32,000 bases of DNA from Prochlorococcus marinus subsp. pastoris str. CCMP1986 (GCF_000011465.1 NC_005072.1:660001-692000); one strand, 5' to 3'. Shown: positions 1 to 9,399, counted from the stretch's first letter. Notes: generated by a model not told the origin, from the letters alone. Made by a program: numbers and translations.

Positions 1-75
1 ATTGCCTGTTAAAACTAAACCATAGTATGCAATAGTTCCAAGAATTAAAACTATACCCAATACTCGAATAATCAT
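1..75 (-). CDS. Partial small membrane protein, N-terminus only (MIIRVLGIVLILGTIAYYGLVLTGN...)
   Basis: Open reading frame from ATG at 75 to the window edge; hydrophobic N-terminus; read manually. Confidence 0.5.
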   Translation of the reverse strand, partial: MIIRVLGIVLILGTIAYYGLVLTGN

Positions 76-181
76 TTTTAATAATATTTAATTTTGAATA
101 ATATTAAAAATAAATCAATGAGTAAAATAATTGTATTATTTTTTAATCTTATGAATTGTTAAAAATTTATTTTCTCATTCC

Positions 182-397
182 TCATTCTTTTTTTTTTTGA
201 TTCCTAGCCAATGAGTGACATGATTCTGGATGCCACTCATGTTGGATTCTTGCAATGAAATCATAAATAAAAGAATCAGGACATTCCGTTATTTCTTGAA
301 GCTCAGAAAGTTCCCCTTTAATAAATTCATAAACACTTGAAACTATTCCAATATTTTGTTCATAAGTAGGTTCCCAAGTTTCAGATTCCTTTTTCAT
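182..397 (-). CDS. Hypothetical protein (71 aa)
   Basis: ORF track; overlaps the next minus-strand ORF by a few bases in an operon-like arrangement. Confidence 0.6.
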   Translation of the reverse strand: MKKESETWEPTYEQNIGIVSSVYEFIKGELSELQEITECPDSFIYDFIARIQHEWHPESCHSLARNQKKKE

Positions 398-585
398 GTA
401 TTTGTTTTTTCTCTTTTCTTATCTTCTATAATATCGTAATAAATGATATCTCCATAATCAGCATCTGAACAACATATATCTCCATATATTTTATCTAATA
501 AATCATAAGCATCTGCAAAGTTTGAAAAAGTTTGCGATGTGACATCATCTTCTTTTCCATCAATTCTTATAATTTTATAATTCAT
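394..585 (-). CDS. Hypothetical acidic protein (63 aa)
   Basis: ORF track; stop/start overlap with 182..397. Confidence 0.6.
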   Translation of the reverse strand: MNYKIIRIDGKEDDVTSQTFSNFADAYDLLDKIYGDICCSDADYGDIIYYDIIEDKKREKTNT

Positions 586-633
586 GAAAAAATTCTCTTA
601 AACTAAACTAAATTTACTATGAAGCTTAAATTT

Positions 634-837
634 TTATTTAAGAGATTTAGGGTATAGCTTCTCAATCTTGTCTTTTTGTTTTTGTAATTTCTTTTTCTTA
701 TAATTTTCTGACAAAGTTCTTCGAATTAGTAATTGTGGGATTAGCCATATCAATGCTATTGCGAAAGCCATAAAAACAGGATTTCTCCAAGTAAGTCTAA
801 TTAATTCTTGAGTAAATTCTTGATTTAAGATCTCCAT
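634..837 (-). CDS. Small hypothetical membrane protein (67 aa)
   Basis: ORF track; one hydrophobic segment followed by a Lys-rich tail. Confidence 0.5.
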   Translation of the reverse strand: MEILNQEFTQELIRLTWRNPVFMAFAIALIWLIPQLLIRRTLSENYKKKKLQKQKDKIEKLYPKSLK

Positions 838-840
838 GAA

Positions 841-1110
841 TTAATCTTCTGAAAGTAATTCATTGTTGGGAAATTTATCTTTAATTTTTAAAAGATATTC
901 TTGTAAGTTTTCTTTGTTATCGGAACACATTTTTTCTAATGACCTTTCCATAAATTTGTTTAAACCTTTACCCTCCAATCCTAAAGACTTTGTTCCGGAT
1001 GCATACATCATTACTAATAATACCTTTGCTTCGTTCTCAGTCATCCAAGCATGCGATGCTATTAATCTATAAATTCTGTCTAATGGACTTTTACTTTCTG
1101 ACATTTTCAA
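841..1110 (-). CDS. Hypothetical protein (89 aa; start at 1110 or the adjacent ATG)
   Basis: ORF track; the overlapping plus-strand ORF looks like an antisense shadow. Confidence 0.5.
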   Translation of the reverse strand: MKMSESKSPLDRIYRLIASHAWMTENEAKVLLVMMYASGTKSLGLEGKGLNKFMERSLEKMCSDNKENLQEYLLKIKDKFPNNELLSED

Positions 1111-1207
1111 ATTATAACTAAAATCCTTTCCATTACACCAAATGAATTCGGAATTAAATTTTTTTTTAGGGCTTCAGAAATTATAATATTTGAAATTATC
1201 TAAAAAT

Positions 1208-1873
1208 ATGTCTACTTACCTCATAACTGGTTCAAATAGAGGAATTGGATTGGAATTATGTAAACAAATAATTGAGAGAGGAGATGAGGTAATAGCTACC
1301 TGTAGAGAGGCTTCTTCAGATTTAAAAAACTTGGGTGTAAGAATTGAAGAAGATATTGATATTTCTTCAGAGGATTCAATCAATAATTTAAGGCAATCAC
1401 TATCAGGGGTTGAATTAGATTGTTTAATTCATAATGCAGGTATTTATGAATTTAATTCGATTGATAATTTTGATCATGAAAGTATTATTCGTCAATTTGT
1501 AGTAAATGCTTTAAGTCCTCTTTCTATGACTAGATCACTGAAAGGTCTTTTTAAAAAATATTCAAAGATTGGTTTTATCACGAGCAGAATGGGATCCATT
1601 GGTGATAATTCATCCGGGAGCTCCTATGGTTATAGGATGTCTAAAGTAGCTTTATCCATGGCAGCGAAATCACTTTCAAGAGATTTGTTAAAAGAAGAAA
1701 TTTATGTTGCTATTTTGCATCCAGGCTTAGTAAGTACTCGTATGACTGGATTTACAAAAAATGGTATATCTACAGAAGAATCCGCAAATGGACTCTTAAA
1801 ACGTATCGACTCTCTTAATAAAAATAATACTGGGACATTTTGGCATACTAATGGAGAGATTTTGCCTTGGTAG
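1208..1873 (+). CDS. Short-chain dehydrogenase/reductase (SDR) family oxidoreductase
   Basis: TGSNRGIG cofactor motif, HNAG-like motif, YxxxK (YGYRMSK), HPGLVSTRM. The ORF track starts at TTG 1190, but ATG at 1208 is preferred. Confidence 0.93.
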   Translation: MSTYLITGSNRGIGLELCKQIIERGDEVIATCREASSDLKNLGVRIEEDIDISSEDSINNLRQSLSGVELDCLIHNAGIYEFNSIDNFDHESIIRQFVVNALSPLSMTRSLKGLFKKYSKIGFITSRMGSIGDNSSGSSYGYRMSKVALSMAAKSLSRDLLKEEIYVAILHPGLVSTRMTGFTKNGISTEESANGLLKRIDSLNKNNTGTFWHTNGEILPW

Positions 1874-2007
1874 ATTTAATTTATTTTCTTGAACTCTGGC
1901 TTATAAAAAATGATTTGTTAAAAAAGCTTTAAATTTTAATATATTTAGTTTCTTTATTAAATCATGTTGGTTATGTTAGAGAAAATATTAGTAAAGGAGG
2001 TGATTCA

Positions 2008-2130
2008 TTGTCGTATCTACCGAAAATTACGGTTACAGAAGAGACCGTGAAATCAGTATCTACAACCTGTTCATTGGTCTCTTATTCTTTAATAAAGAAG
2101 AAAGGTTTTATTATTAATAGATTTATATAA
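2008..2130 (+). CDS. Possible 40-aa small protein with TTG start (MSYLPKITVTEETVKSVSTTCSLVSYSLIKKKGFIINRFI)
   Basis: Very strong Shine-Dalgarno AAAGGAGGTGAT at 1993-2004 with ideal spacing to TTG 2008; terminator-like hairpin just after the stop. Not in the supplied ORF track. Confidence 0.45.
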   Translation: MSYLPKITVTEETVKSVSTTCSLVSYSLIKKKGFIINRFI

Positions 2131-2150
2131 AAACAACCAAAATTAATATT

Positions 2151-2185
2151 AAAAGCTCTGTTTCTCTTGAAGTGACAGGGCTTTT
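2151..2185. terminator. Bidirectional intrinsic terminator-like hairpin
   Basis: AAAAGCTCTGT / ACAGGGCTTTT (one G:U pair) followed by a T-run. Confidence 0.7.
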
Positions 2186-2914
2186 TTATTTGCTTAGTAA
2201 ATTAAAAAGTTTATTTATTAATTCCTTTCTTTTTAAGATTGTTTTTTCTCCATACTGTTTATCCTCCTCCCTTAGAATTGACTGACCCTTTGGACCTAAT
2301 CCTTTGGTTATAAATAATTTATTCTCATTTATCCATCTTTCGGTCATTTCCTTTTTTAACTCGACATGGAATTGTAAACCGTAAGCTAAATCCCCAATCT
2401 TAAAAAATTGCTCTTTACAACGGATACTACTGGCTATGAGTTCGGCATTTTTTGGTAATAAAATTCTATCGCCATGCCAATGGAGGACATGAAAAGGAGT
2501 TTCACAAAATTTCTTAAAGTCATTATTTGATTGATTAAAAAAAACTTGAGACCATCCAATTTCTGGTAAAGGTTTAGGAGGAGATCCTTGTTTTAAAATT
2601 TCGACATCTCCTGCTGCTGCGTTTGCTAATAACTGAGCTCCTAAGCAAACTCCGATAATTCTTGTCTTTTTTTTTAATTCTGAATTTATAAAATCGCTTT
2701 CTTTTTTTAGCCATGGATATTTTGTGCTCCCAATATCTTTGACTCCCATTGGTCCACCCATTATTAAAAGTAAATCGTCTTTATTAGTTTTAGGTAGGTC
2801 ATCACCTTGGTCCAGACGGATGATTTCTATATTCATCTCCCTCTCCTTAGCTATCTGATAAAAAAGCCCTGGTCCTTCGATTTCTAAATGTTGTAAAACT
2901 AATAACCTTTTCAT
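2186..2914 (-). CDS. Class I glutamine amidotransferase-like protein (GMP synthase GATase-type)
   Basis: GVCLGAQLLA nucleophile elbow, MGGPMGV, and a His-containing LQFHVE motif. Confidence 0.88.
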   Translation of the reverse strand: MKRLLVLQHLEIEGPGLFYQIAKEREMNIEIIRLDQGDDLPKTNKDDLLLIMGGPMGVKDIGSTKYPWLKKESDFINSELKKKTRIIGVCLGAQLLANAAAGDVEILKQGSPPKPLPEIGWSQVFFNQSNNDFKKFCETPFHVLHWHGDRILLPKNAELIASSIRCKEQFFKIGDLAYGLQFHVELKKEMTERWINENKLFITKGLGPKGQSILREEDKQYGEKTILKRKELINKLFNLLSK

Positions 2915-3180
2915 TTGTAATTTTTAATCAGAAGTCAATTAACAAATTTTATTTATGACATAATTAAAAAATTAATTAATGATGTTTATTTTGTTTTACC
3001 AAAATATATCAAAGCTAAAAAAGAAATTGTACTTACGATTGCTATTAAATACCAACCTGACGATGAGTTGCTAGAAATTTCTGACATTTATTATGGGGAT
3101 TTTTCTGAAGACTTAACTATTTGGGAAAAAATTAGTAATGAGGCTAATAAAAATATCAAAAGTATATATGTGATGTTCAT

Positions 3181-3435
3181 TTATAGAAATATACTTACGA
3201 TGAGAAAAATAATTCCAATAACTACAGCAACGATAGCCCCGTCAACTAATAAGTCTTTCCATGTGTAACTATTTAGCATTTTTATTTTATCCTCCTCACT
3301 CATTAAATTCTTAAGCCACGTCCAGTCTAAAATTTGCGTTAAGGCTATAGCAAATACCAAATGACCAACCAAAATACCAATTAGGTCAATACGAGATATT
3401 TCTTTAGTAAAACTTGTGATACTAAAAATTTCCAC
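3181..3435 (-). CDS. Small membrane protein (84 aa)
   Basis: ORF track; two hydrophobic segments; overlaps the upstream gene at 3435. Confidence 0.6.
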   Translation of the reverse strand: MEIFSITSFTKEISRIDLIGILVGHLVFAIALTQILDWTWLKNLMSEEDKIKMLNSYTWKDLLVDGAIVAVVIGIIFLIVSIFL

Positions 3436-3662
3436 TATTTTTTATTTTTATTAGAAAGAGCGCCACCTTCCTTTTTATACTTGTCCCAGGCTTCACTTAT
3501 TTTTGCTTTTGAAAAACTTTCTTTACTTTCTTTCAATTTGTTTTTTAGCCCATTAAAACTATTCGAAAGCTCTTTTTTTGTTGGCTCATCAAGAAATTTT
3601 GAAGTGAGTTTCCAGAGATACCAGCTACTAGCGGCGAGTAAAATTAAACCTAATAATTGCAT
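3435..3662 (-). CDS. Small membrane-anchored hypothetical protein (75 aa)
   Basis: ORF track; N-terminal hydrophobic segment; coupled to 3181..3435. Confidence 0.55.
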   Translation of the reverse strand: MQLLGLILLAASSWYLWKLTSKFLDEPTKKELSNSFNGLKNKLKESKESFSKAKISEAWDKYKKEGGALSNKNKK

Positions 3663-3761
3663 ATGATTAGTTTTTTATCATCCTACAACTATTTAAATGG
3701 AAACGATATTCTCAGACTGAAAAAAATTAGAATTTATATCTCAAATGATTAAAATTTTTCT

Positions 3762-3917
3762 TTAAAACTTTAACCAGTGAAAAAATATTCTTTCTAACAA
3801 CCATATGGTTAATCCACCTTCAATAAAAGCTAGCCAATACATTCCATAATCTGAAAACCCCATCTGCTCTTTAACCGTACTTATTATCTTTTTATGAGCT
3901 TGAATGAGATCTTTCAT
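3762..3917 (-). CDS. Hypothetical 51-aa protein (MKDLIQAHKKIISTVKEQMGFSDYGMYWLAFIEGGLTIWLLERIFFHWLKF)
   Basis: ORF read manually (below the track length cutoff); amphipathic/hydrophobic C-terminus. Confidence 0.45.
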   Translation of the reverse strand: MKDLIQAHKKIISTVKEQMGFSDYGMYWLAFIEGGLTIWLLERIFFHWLKF

Positions 3918-3939
3918 TTTTAATTAAATATTGAAAGAG

Positions 3940-4191
3940 TTAAAATCTTTGGATCTCTTCCATCAAAAAACCTTTTCCGTAACAGCAAAGACAAGTTCTG
4001 GCTTCGTCTAATGAGATTCTTAAGTAACCTACACCATTGCATTTGATGCAATTAGTCTTGGTTTTAGAATAGATCTTGGAGTTGAGTTTAGCAGCTCTAT
4101 TCAAAAAAGAAACAGTTTCTTTGCGGCCATTGGCTTTATCTGCTTTGTTTAAAAGCTTTTTGTAATTTACTTTTAATTCTTTTATGGTCAT
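3940..4191 (-). CDS. Small DnaJ-type zinc-finger-like protein (two CxxCxGxG motifs)
   Basis: CIKCNGVG and CLCCYGKG in an 83-aa ORF. Confidence 0.7.
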   Translation of the reverse strand: MTIKELKVNYKKLLNKADKANGRKETVSFLNRAAKLNSKIYSKTKTNCIKCNGVGYLRISLDEARTCLCCYGKGFLMEEIQRF

Positions 4192-4507
4192 GGGTTCAAA
4201 CGTGGAATGATTGTACTAAAGATTGATTGGGTAGAAAATATTAAGTATTTTCTAGAAAAATTCAAAATGAATATATATTTAATCTCAACATGAGATTTAT
4301 TTAATATAACTACTTTTAATTACTATCGTAAGTGTTAAACCTTGATATTATTGGATTTAACAGAAAATTTATATTTTCAATTTTCAAGTTTCTTAGATAT
4401 CCGTAAAATAAAATTAATATTGTTTGAATTTGCGTAAAGTTATTTTTGGACTCTATCTAATAAAAGATTACTAATGGAATATTGTAATTTTAAAAATAAT
4501 TAAATTA

Positions 4508-4648
4508 TCAAGCAGCTCTATAAGAACCGCTTGGTCTTTTAAGACTCTTTAATAAACGATCGTTTTCTTCAGTAAGAATATCAAGATTAGATTTTTTAAA
4601 ATCTTTTTGCATATCAGATGATTGTTTCTTAATTGTTTTTTCAATCAT
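4508..4648 (-). CDS. Possible 46-aa protein (MIEKTIKKQSSDMQKDFKKSNLDILTEENDRLLKSLKRPSGSYRAA)
   Basis: Manually read short ORF; hydrophilic and coding-like composition. Confidence 0.35.
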   Translation of the reverse strand: MIEKTIKKQSSDMQKDFKKSNLDILTEENDRLLKSLKRPSGSYRAA

Positions 4649-5180
4649 TGAATTCTAAGATCTAGGAAAACCAACTTTGATCTTATCGTTCCTAAAAGAA
4701 TTCCGCGTGACATTTTTTACAAAAAAGCTTATATTTTATTTCGCACATAGAAAAGTGAATTAAATCTACAACTTGTGGAAAAACCTGTTGAAAAATGGTT
4801 AAAAAGTGGATAACTCATGGGGATCATGATAAAAACAGGGTTTTTTGGCTTATTTTCTGAGTATTAATACTGCATCAATAAATTATTAAATGTAGTTTAA
4901 TAATCAATAAAACTTACTGAAACAACAATGGGATCATTCCTTTTCTAAAAAAAGATATTTTTATAAATAAAATTTTTTTCTAGTAAATCAAATACATATT
5001 TTTATTTGCAACATGTTTCAAAATGAAAATTTTATTAAAGGAAAATTTTACACCTAATAATATTTTTCAAATACTTTTTGTAAATTTGAAAAAAAAATAT
5101 GTTAATTCGGTTTTCTCTCTGGTTTAATTTTTCACATTCAAAATCAATCTAATAGATTAGGTCATATTCAAAAATTAAAA

Positions 5181-5417
5181 ATGACAGAAGAAAAAACAGA
5201 TTCTAAGAAATGTGGTGGAAAGAAAAAAATCATGTTTGCTTATGGTTTTATTCAACTTAGTTCTAGTTTCGTATCTGCAATAGCTTTAGCGGCAATTGCT
5301 TTTGGATTTTGCTCTATAAAAAAGGAATCTAAAGTATTTAATAATTGCGTAACTGAAATTGTAGAAAATGGTAGTACTAATGCAGAGGCAGTTAGATACT
5401 GCAACGGTGGCAATTAA
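5181..5417 (+). CDS. Small membrane protein, paralog of 25369..25602
   Basis: Clear protein-level similarity to the 77-aa ORF at 25369..25602; central hydrophobic helix; C-terminal C...C...AVRYCNGG. Confidence 0.8.
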   Translation: MTEEKTDSKKCGGKKKIMFAYGFIQLSSSFVSAIALAAIAFGFCSIKKESKVFNNCVTEIVENGSTNAEAVRYCNGGN

Positions 5418-5431
5418 ATTAGTTTAATTAA

Positions 5432-5674
5432 ATGAACTCTACTCATGGTTTTCTACTTGATTCTTTAAAAGAGGAACCAATTGGTGAGACAGTTAATTTT
5501 GTTTGGTACATAACTGATATCGGTATTGCTGCTCTTTTCAAGGGAAATGAAATTCTTAAGACTTATAACGTAAATGTTGAAATAGAGGCAAAAGATATAA
5601 GCCTTGATATCAGTAAGGAAGAGAAAGAATATTGTGAAATTGAAGATAAAAAACTTTTTATCTTTTATTCCTGA
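5432..5674 (+). CDS. Hypothetical protein (80 aa)
   Basis: ORF track; same strand and 14 bp after the previous gene. Confidence 0.5.
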   Translation: MNSTHGFLLDSLKEEPIGETVNFVWYITDIGIAALFKGNEILKTYNVNVEIEAKDISLDISKEEKEYCEIEDKKLFIFYS

Positions 5675-5688
5675 AGTAATTAGTTATG

Positions 5689-5880
5689 TCAATAGGATGG
5701 TTCTAAATTATAAGCTGACTCTTTGACACTCTTTTCACTAATTATCTCAAATGTAAGTTCTTCATTTAAGGCATTAATATAGGAAGTATAGAGTTTGCCC
5801 CAAACAAATTCAAACTCATCCTTACTAAGGTTTTTAAAAAGAATTTCTCCTTTAAAATAAATGTGATAAGAATCAAACAT
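5689..5880 (-). CDS. Hypothetical protein (63 aa)
   Basis: ORF track. Confidence 0.5.
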   Translation of the reverse strand: MFDSYHIYFKGEILFKNLSKDEFEFVWGKLYTSYINALNEELTFEIISEKSVKESAYNLEPSY

Positions 5881-5978
5881 CTTGAAAAATTTTTTCTAAC
5901 CTTTTTTAACGCAGTTAGATATGTCTGACGTATTGATGGCTACTAAAAGAAAATTTAGAAAAAACTTCTTTATTTTTT

Positions 5979-6290
5979 TTAATCCATGCGGGTATTCATT
6001 TTTTCCTTCTTAAATAAAGACACAGTTTCATCAAGATCTAAACAAGGTTGAATATTAATATCCATAAGTCTTCTCCATGGATGCCATTGTTTCCAAATTG
6101 TTTCTAAAGAATCTGCACTAACAACGGAATGACCAATGCCATTTTGGATCATAAAAATCCATGAATGAACTTCGTAGTTCTCAGGTCTATTTTGAGGACC
6201 TCCCGATTCATACCAATTAATAAGCATTTCCCCTCCTTCTTCTTGATCTTCACCGTCTGCAAATTCATAAGAAATTAAATATCTTTGCAT
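5979..6290 (-). CDS. Hypothetical protein (103 aa)
   Basis: ORF track; coding-like soluble composition. Confidence 0.6.
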   Translation of the reverse strand: MQRYLISYEFADGEDQEEGGEMLINWYESGGPQNRPENYEVHSWIFMIQNGIGHSVVSADSLETIWKQWHPWRRLMDINIQPCLDLDETVSLFKKEKMNTRMD

Positions 6291-6573
6291 GTAATTTAAA
6301 ATTTTTAATATTTAAGCTTGATAATACAGTATTGCCTTTCAATTACTTGATTGCTAAAAATCTAAAAGAATCCAGTCTTATTGATGATCCTAAGAATTGA
6401 AAAAATCAAAAAGAATATTTTAAGTAATTTTTTGTTTATAAATAAAACCATTTTTGAGTATTTTCAAAAACATGATCTTTTTGTCTGATTTGAAGCATGT
6501 AAAATTTTGACTTAAATTTTTTCTTACTAAGATCTATAATATTAAGTGAATTTATATAGTTGATAAGAAGTTC

Positions 6574-6960
6574 ATGAATAGAAAGTCAAATAATTCTAAT
6601 CCAACTGGAAATCTAGATTATGACAAGATTCTTGAGGAGGAAATAATTAATTCTTATGAAAATAAGTTTGAAGCTAATTCTAATATCAATAATAAAAACA
6701 AAAGATTTTACAGACTTAAAAGAACGCCTCTTGAAGTAATAAATAGATTATTTTTCTTTTTCTTTGTTGGAAGTTTTATATTCTCATTCTTTTTAGCTTA
6801 TTCAGAAAATAAAGTCTGGTTCATTATTTATTTAATTAGTGCATTCTCATGTATTTTTTATACTCCAAATAGAAAAGCCCTTAAGGAATTAATAGCAGCC
6901 TGGCCTAACATTGAAGATCTTATTAAAGGAAGAAGCTTGTGGAGGAAGGATAATAAATAA
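6574..6960 (+). CDS. Hypothetical membrane protein (128 aa)
   Basis: ORF track; two adjacent hydrophobic segments. Confidence 0.65.
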   Translation: MNRKSNNSNPTGNLDYDKILEEEIINSYENKFEANSNINNKNKRFYRLKRTPLEVINRLFFFFFVGSFIFSFFLAYSENKVWFIIYLISAFSCIFYTPNRKALKELIAAWPNIEDLIKGRSLWRKDNK

Positions 6961-7049
6961 TGAATCCAATTATTTTTTTTAAAAAGTGGTTATTAAATAT
7001 TCTTGTTCCTTATATTGAGGGATCTAAAAAGAAAAAGGAGAAAAAATAA
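6960..7049 (+). CDS. Possible 29-aa membrane-associated peptide (MNPIIFFKKWLLNILVPYIEGSKKKKEKK)
   Basis: Start overlaps the stop of 6574..6960 (TAATG coupling); manually read. Confidence 0.4.
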   Translation: MNPIIFFKKWLLNILVPYIEGSKKKKEKK

Positions 7050-7051
7050 TA

Positions 7052-7189
7052 ATGAATGCGGTTGGATTAGGAATAACAATTGAACTTTTTTTGTTAATTG
7101 GAGTAATGTTTTGGATAAAAAAATTGAAAAGTAATCAGAATAGACAACCCGCCTTATCAAAAAAAATTATAAAAAACCTAAAGTTTTAA
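7052..7189 (+). CDS. Possible 45-aa single-span membrane protein (MNAVGLGITIELFLLIGVMFWIKKLKSNQNRQPALSKKIIKNLKF)
   Basis: ORF immediately after 6960..7049; clear transmembrane segment. Confidence 0.5.
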   Translation: MNAVGLGITIELFLLIGVMFWIKKLKSNQNRQPALSKKIIKNLKF

Positions 7190-7305
7190 AAATTTTAAAT
7201 AAAAATTTGTTTCAGAAAGATCAATTGGTTCAAGAAAATTAGTTTTCTTTTAGCTCTCACTTTGCATGAAAAATCAGTTAGAACATTGGAATAGTTTTTA
7301 ATAAG

Positions 7306-7659
7306 ATGACTTTTACAGCACAAGGCCTTGCTCCAGTAACAAACCCATTAAATAGTGTTTTAGTTGAAAAGAAGCTAATAAATTTTGATCAAAAATTTAT
7401 TCAACTCGTTTCTTTAGCTGAGGGTTTACCTAGAACTGAAGTCCTAGAAAGTGGTAAAAATTACTGGAGAGGTGTTTGCAGAAGTGCAATATTCAGATTT
7501 CCAGACGATCTTGAGATTTTAAAACTCGATGCAAGGAGTTATGTTGATAGGTCCAAAGGGATAATTCAAATAAGATCAGCGGCAAGATTAGGTCAATCAG
7601 ACTTAGGTGTTAATTTAAGAAGAGTAGAATATTTATTTAATCAATTAGAGAAATTTTAA
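7306..7659 (+). CDS. DUF1499-like protein
   Basis: Motif ...FRFPDDLEI...DRSKGIIQIRSAARLGQSDLGVNLRRVE matches my recollection of the DUF1499 signature. Confidence 0.75.
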   Translation: MTFTAQGLAPVTNPLNSVLVEKKLINFDQKFIQLVSLAEGLPRTEVLESGKNYWRGVCRSAIFRFPDDLEILKLDARSYVDRSKGIIQIRSAARLGQSDLGVNLRRVEYLFNQLEKF

Positions 7660-7744
7660 TTAGGTAATTAGTCTGATTTATATTTAGTTAAGGTTCTTTT
7701 TACTTTATAGATGTGCTTTAATTCGAAAGAATATTTGAACAGCC

Positions 7745-7876
7745 ATGGTGAAAATAATTTTAGTTGCGATTATTGTCGCTCTAGTATATTCTCAGCCTGA
7801 TTTACGTTTGACCGTAGCCGATTGGTTGAGATCAGCTTCTGATTTTTTAATTGAGTCAGTAAAAGTAAAACAATAA
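7745..7876 (+). CDS. Small 43-aa protein (MVKIILVAIIVALVYSQPDLRLTVADWLRSASDFLIESVKVKQ)
   Basis: Manually read ORF with a hydrophobic N-terminus and amphipathic C-terminus. Confidence 0.45.
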   Translation: MVKIILVAIIVALVYSQPDLRLTVADWLRSASDFLIESVKVKQ

Positions 7877-8057
7877 AGAATTGTTCTGAGAGATTTAAAT
7901 TACACCTGAAACAGAAAGCATTTGTTTAATGCATAATGCGACAAAAATAAATATTAATATCCGACTAAATATGTATTTCACAAAATTAATAAATTCTTTT
8001 AGATACATAATAGAAAAATATTGTGAAATTTTTGAATAGTTAACGATAATAAGAGAT

Positions 8058-9113
8058 ATGAAGCTTAGATTATTTGAGTTCTATTTTATTAAAGACTACT
8101 TAAGGCCTTGGTTTGGTCTTATTTATTCTTTATTCTTTCTATTTTTTTTAGGTGCTATTGGGTATCGAATTACAGAGGGCTGGGACTGGGGTGATTGCTT
8201 ATGGATGGTTCTGATCACAATAACCACTATTGGTTTTGGAGAAGTTCAAACTTTAAGTCCTGAAGGAAGAATTATCACTGTTCTTATAATCGTTGGCGGA
8301 TTAATTTTTATTCAATTTACCTTCCAAAAAGCTGTTAGATTATTTGAATCCGGCTATTTTCAAAGAGTAAATGAATTACGCTTTAAAAGACTTCTAAGAA
8401 AAATGGAAAATCATGTAATTTTGTGCGGATATGGGAGGGTAGGTCAGGAAATATCTAATCAAATAAAAACACAAAATATTCCTATTATTGTTGTAGAAAG
8501 CGATGAAGATAGAAAAAAGATTGCTGAAGATAATGGATTAGAAGTTCTTTGTGCCGATGCAACTCTTGATGAAACCTTAAAACTAGCTGGTTTAGATAAA
8601 TGCAAAAGTTTGGTTGTTACCTTACCTAATGATGCTGCTAATCTATATGTCGTTTTAAGTGCTAAAGGGATAAGAAGTTCAATAAGAGTAATTGCTAGAG
8701 CTGGAACGGAAGAAGCAGCTAGTAAATTGAGATTAGCTGGAGCAAGTATTGTTGTTAGTCCTTACATAGCAGCGGGAAGAGCTATGGCCTCAATGGCTTT
8801 AAGACCAATAGCGATTGACTTCTTAGATTTATTGGCGGGAAGTGAATGTGAAATTGAAGAATTTGAATTAAGTAATGATATTAGCCTTTTTGAAACTGCA
8901 GAAAAGATTACTCTTTTAGAGCTTGGAATAGGTAAAAAGAGTGGTGCAAAAATATTAGCTATTAAGGAAGATGAAAAGTTAATAACCAATCCTGGAGGTG
9001 ATTTTTTACTTCAGCCTGGTCAGGTATTAATTGCTTTTGGAAGTAAGGAACAACTAACTACCCTTAATAGACTTTTAGGAAATCTTGTAGTTTCAGTTGA
9101 ATTATTAAAGTAA
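8058..9113 (+). CDS. Potassium channel family protein with TrkA-N (RCK) domain
   Basis: Pore-helix selectivity sequence TTIGFGE, Rossmann motif CGYGRVGQEI, TrkA-C-like tail. Confidence 0.93.
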   Translation: MKLRLFEFYFIKDYLRPWFGLIYSLFFLFFLGAIGYRITEGWDWGDCLWMVLITITTIGFGEVQTLSPEGRIITVLIIVGGLIFIQFTFQKAVRLFESGYFQRVNELRFKRLLRKMENHVILCGYGRVGQEISNQIKTQNIPIIVVESDEDRKKIAEDNGLEVLCADATLDETLKLAGLDKCKSLVVTLPNDAANLYVVLSAKGIRSSIRVIARAGTEEAASKLRLAGASIVVSPYIAAGRAMASMALRPIAIDFLDLLAGSECEIEEFELSNDISLFETAEKITLLELGIGKKSGAKILAIKEDEKLITNPGGDFLLQPGQVLIAFGSKEQLTTLNRLLGNLVVSVELLK

Positions 9114-9399
9114 TTTTAAAGGGTTTTGAAAAAATTCCTTAATCTTAAAAAATTTTCTAATTTTAAGAAAAAACCACCTTACTTTACTGAAAATACAAAT
9201 TATTCAATTAAATAAGTCTGTCTCTTTAATTTTGTGTGAGGAAGATTAAAGAGACAATCTAAAGATAAGTAAAAAGGTTTAAGGAAAAATTAAAAAGAAA
9301 ATAAGATCAAATAAAAAATAAGTATTGAATGTAACGTAAATATGAAATAATTACAACAAATAAATTTGATTATATAAAATTAATTTGTTAGGAGATTTC

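Noticed and set aside
863-3666. Plus-strand ORFs 863..1072 and 3481..3666 from the track
   Set aside because: Both lie antisense to more coding-like minus-strand ORFs and have low-complexity or shadow-like composition.
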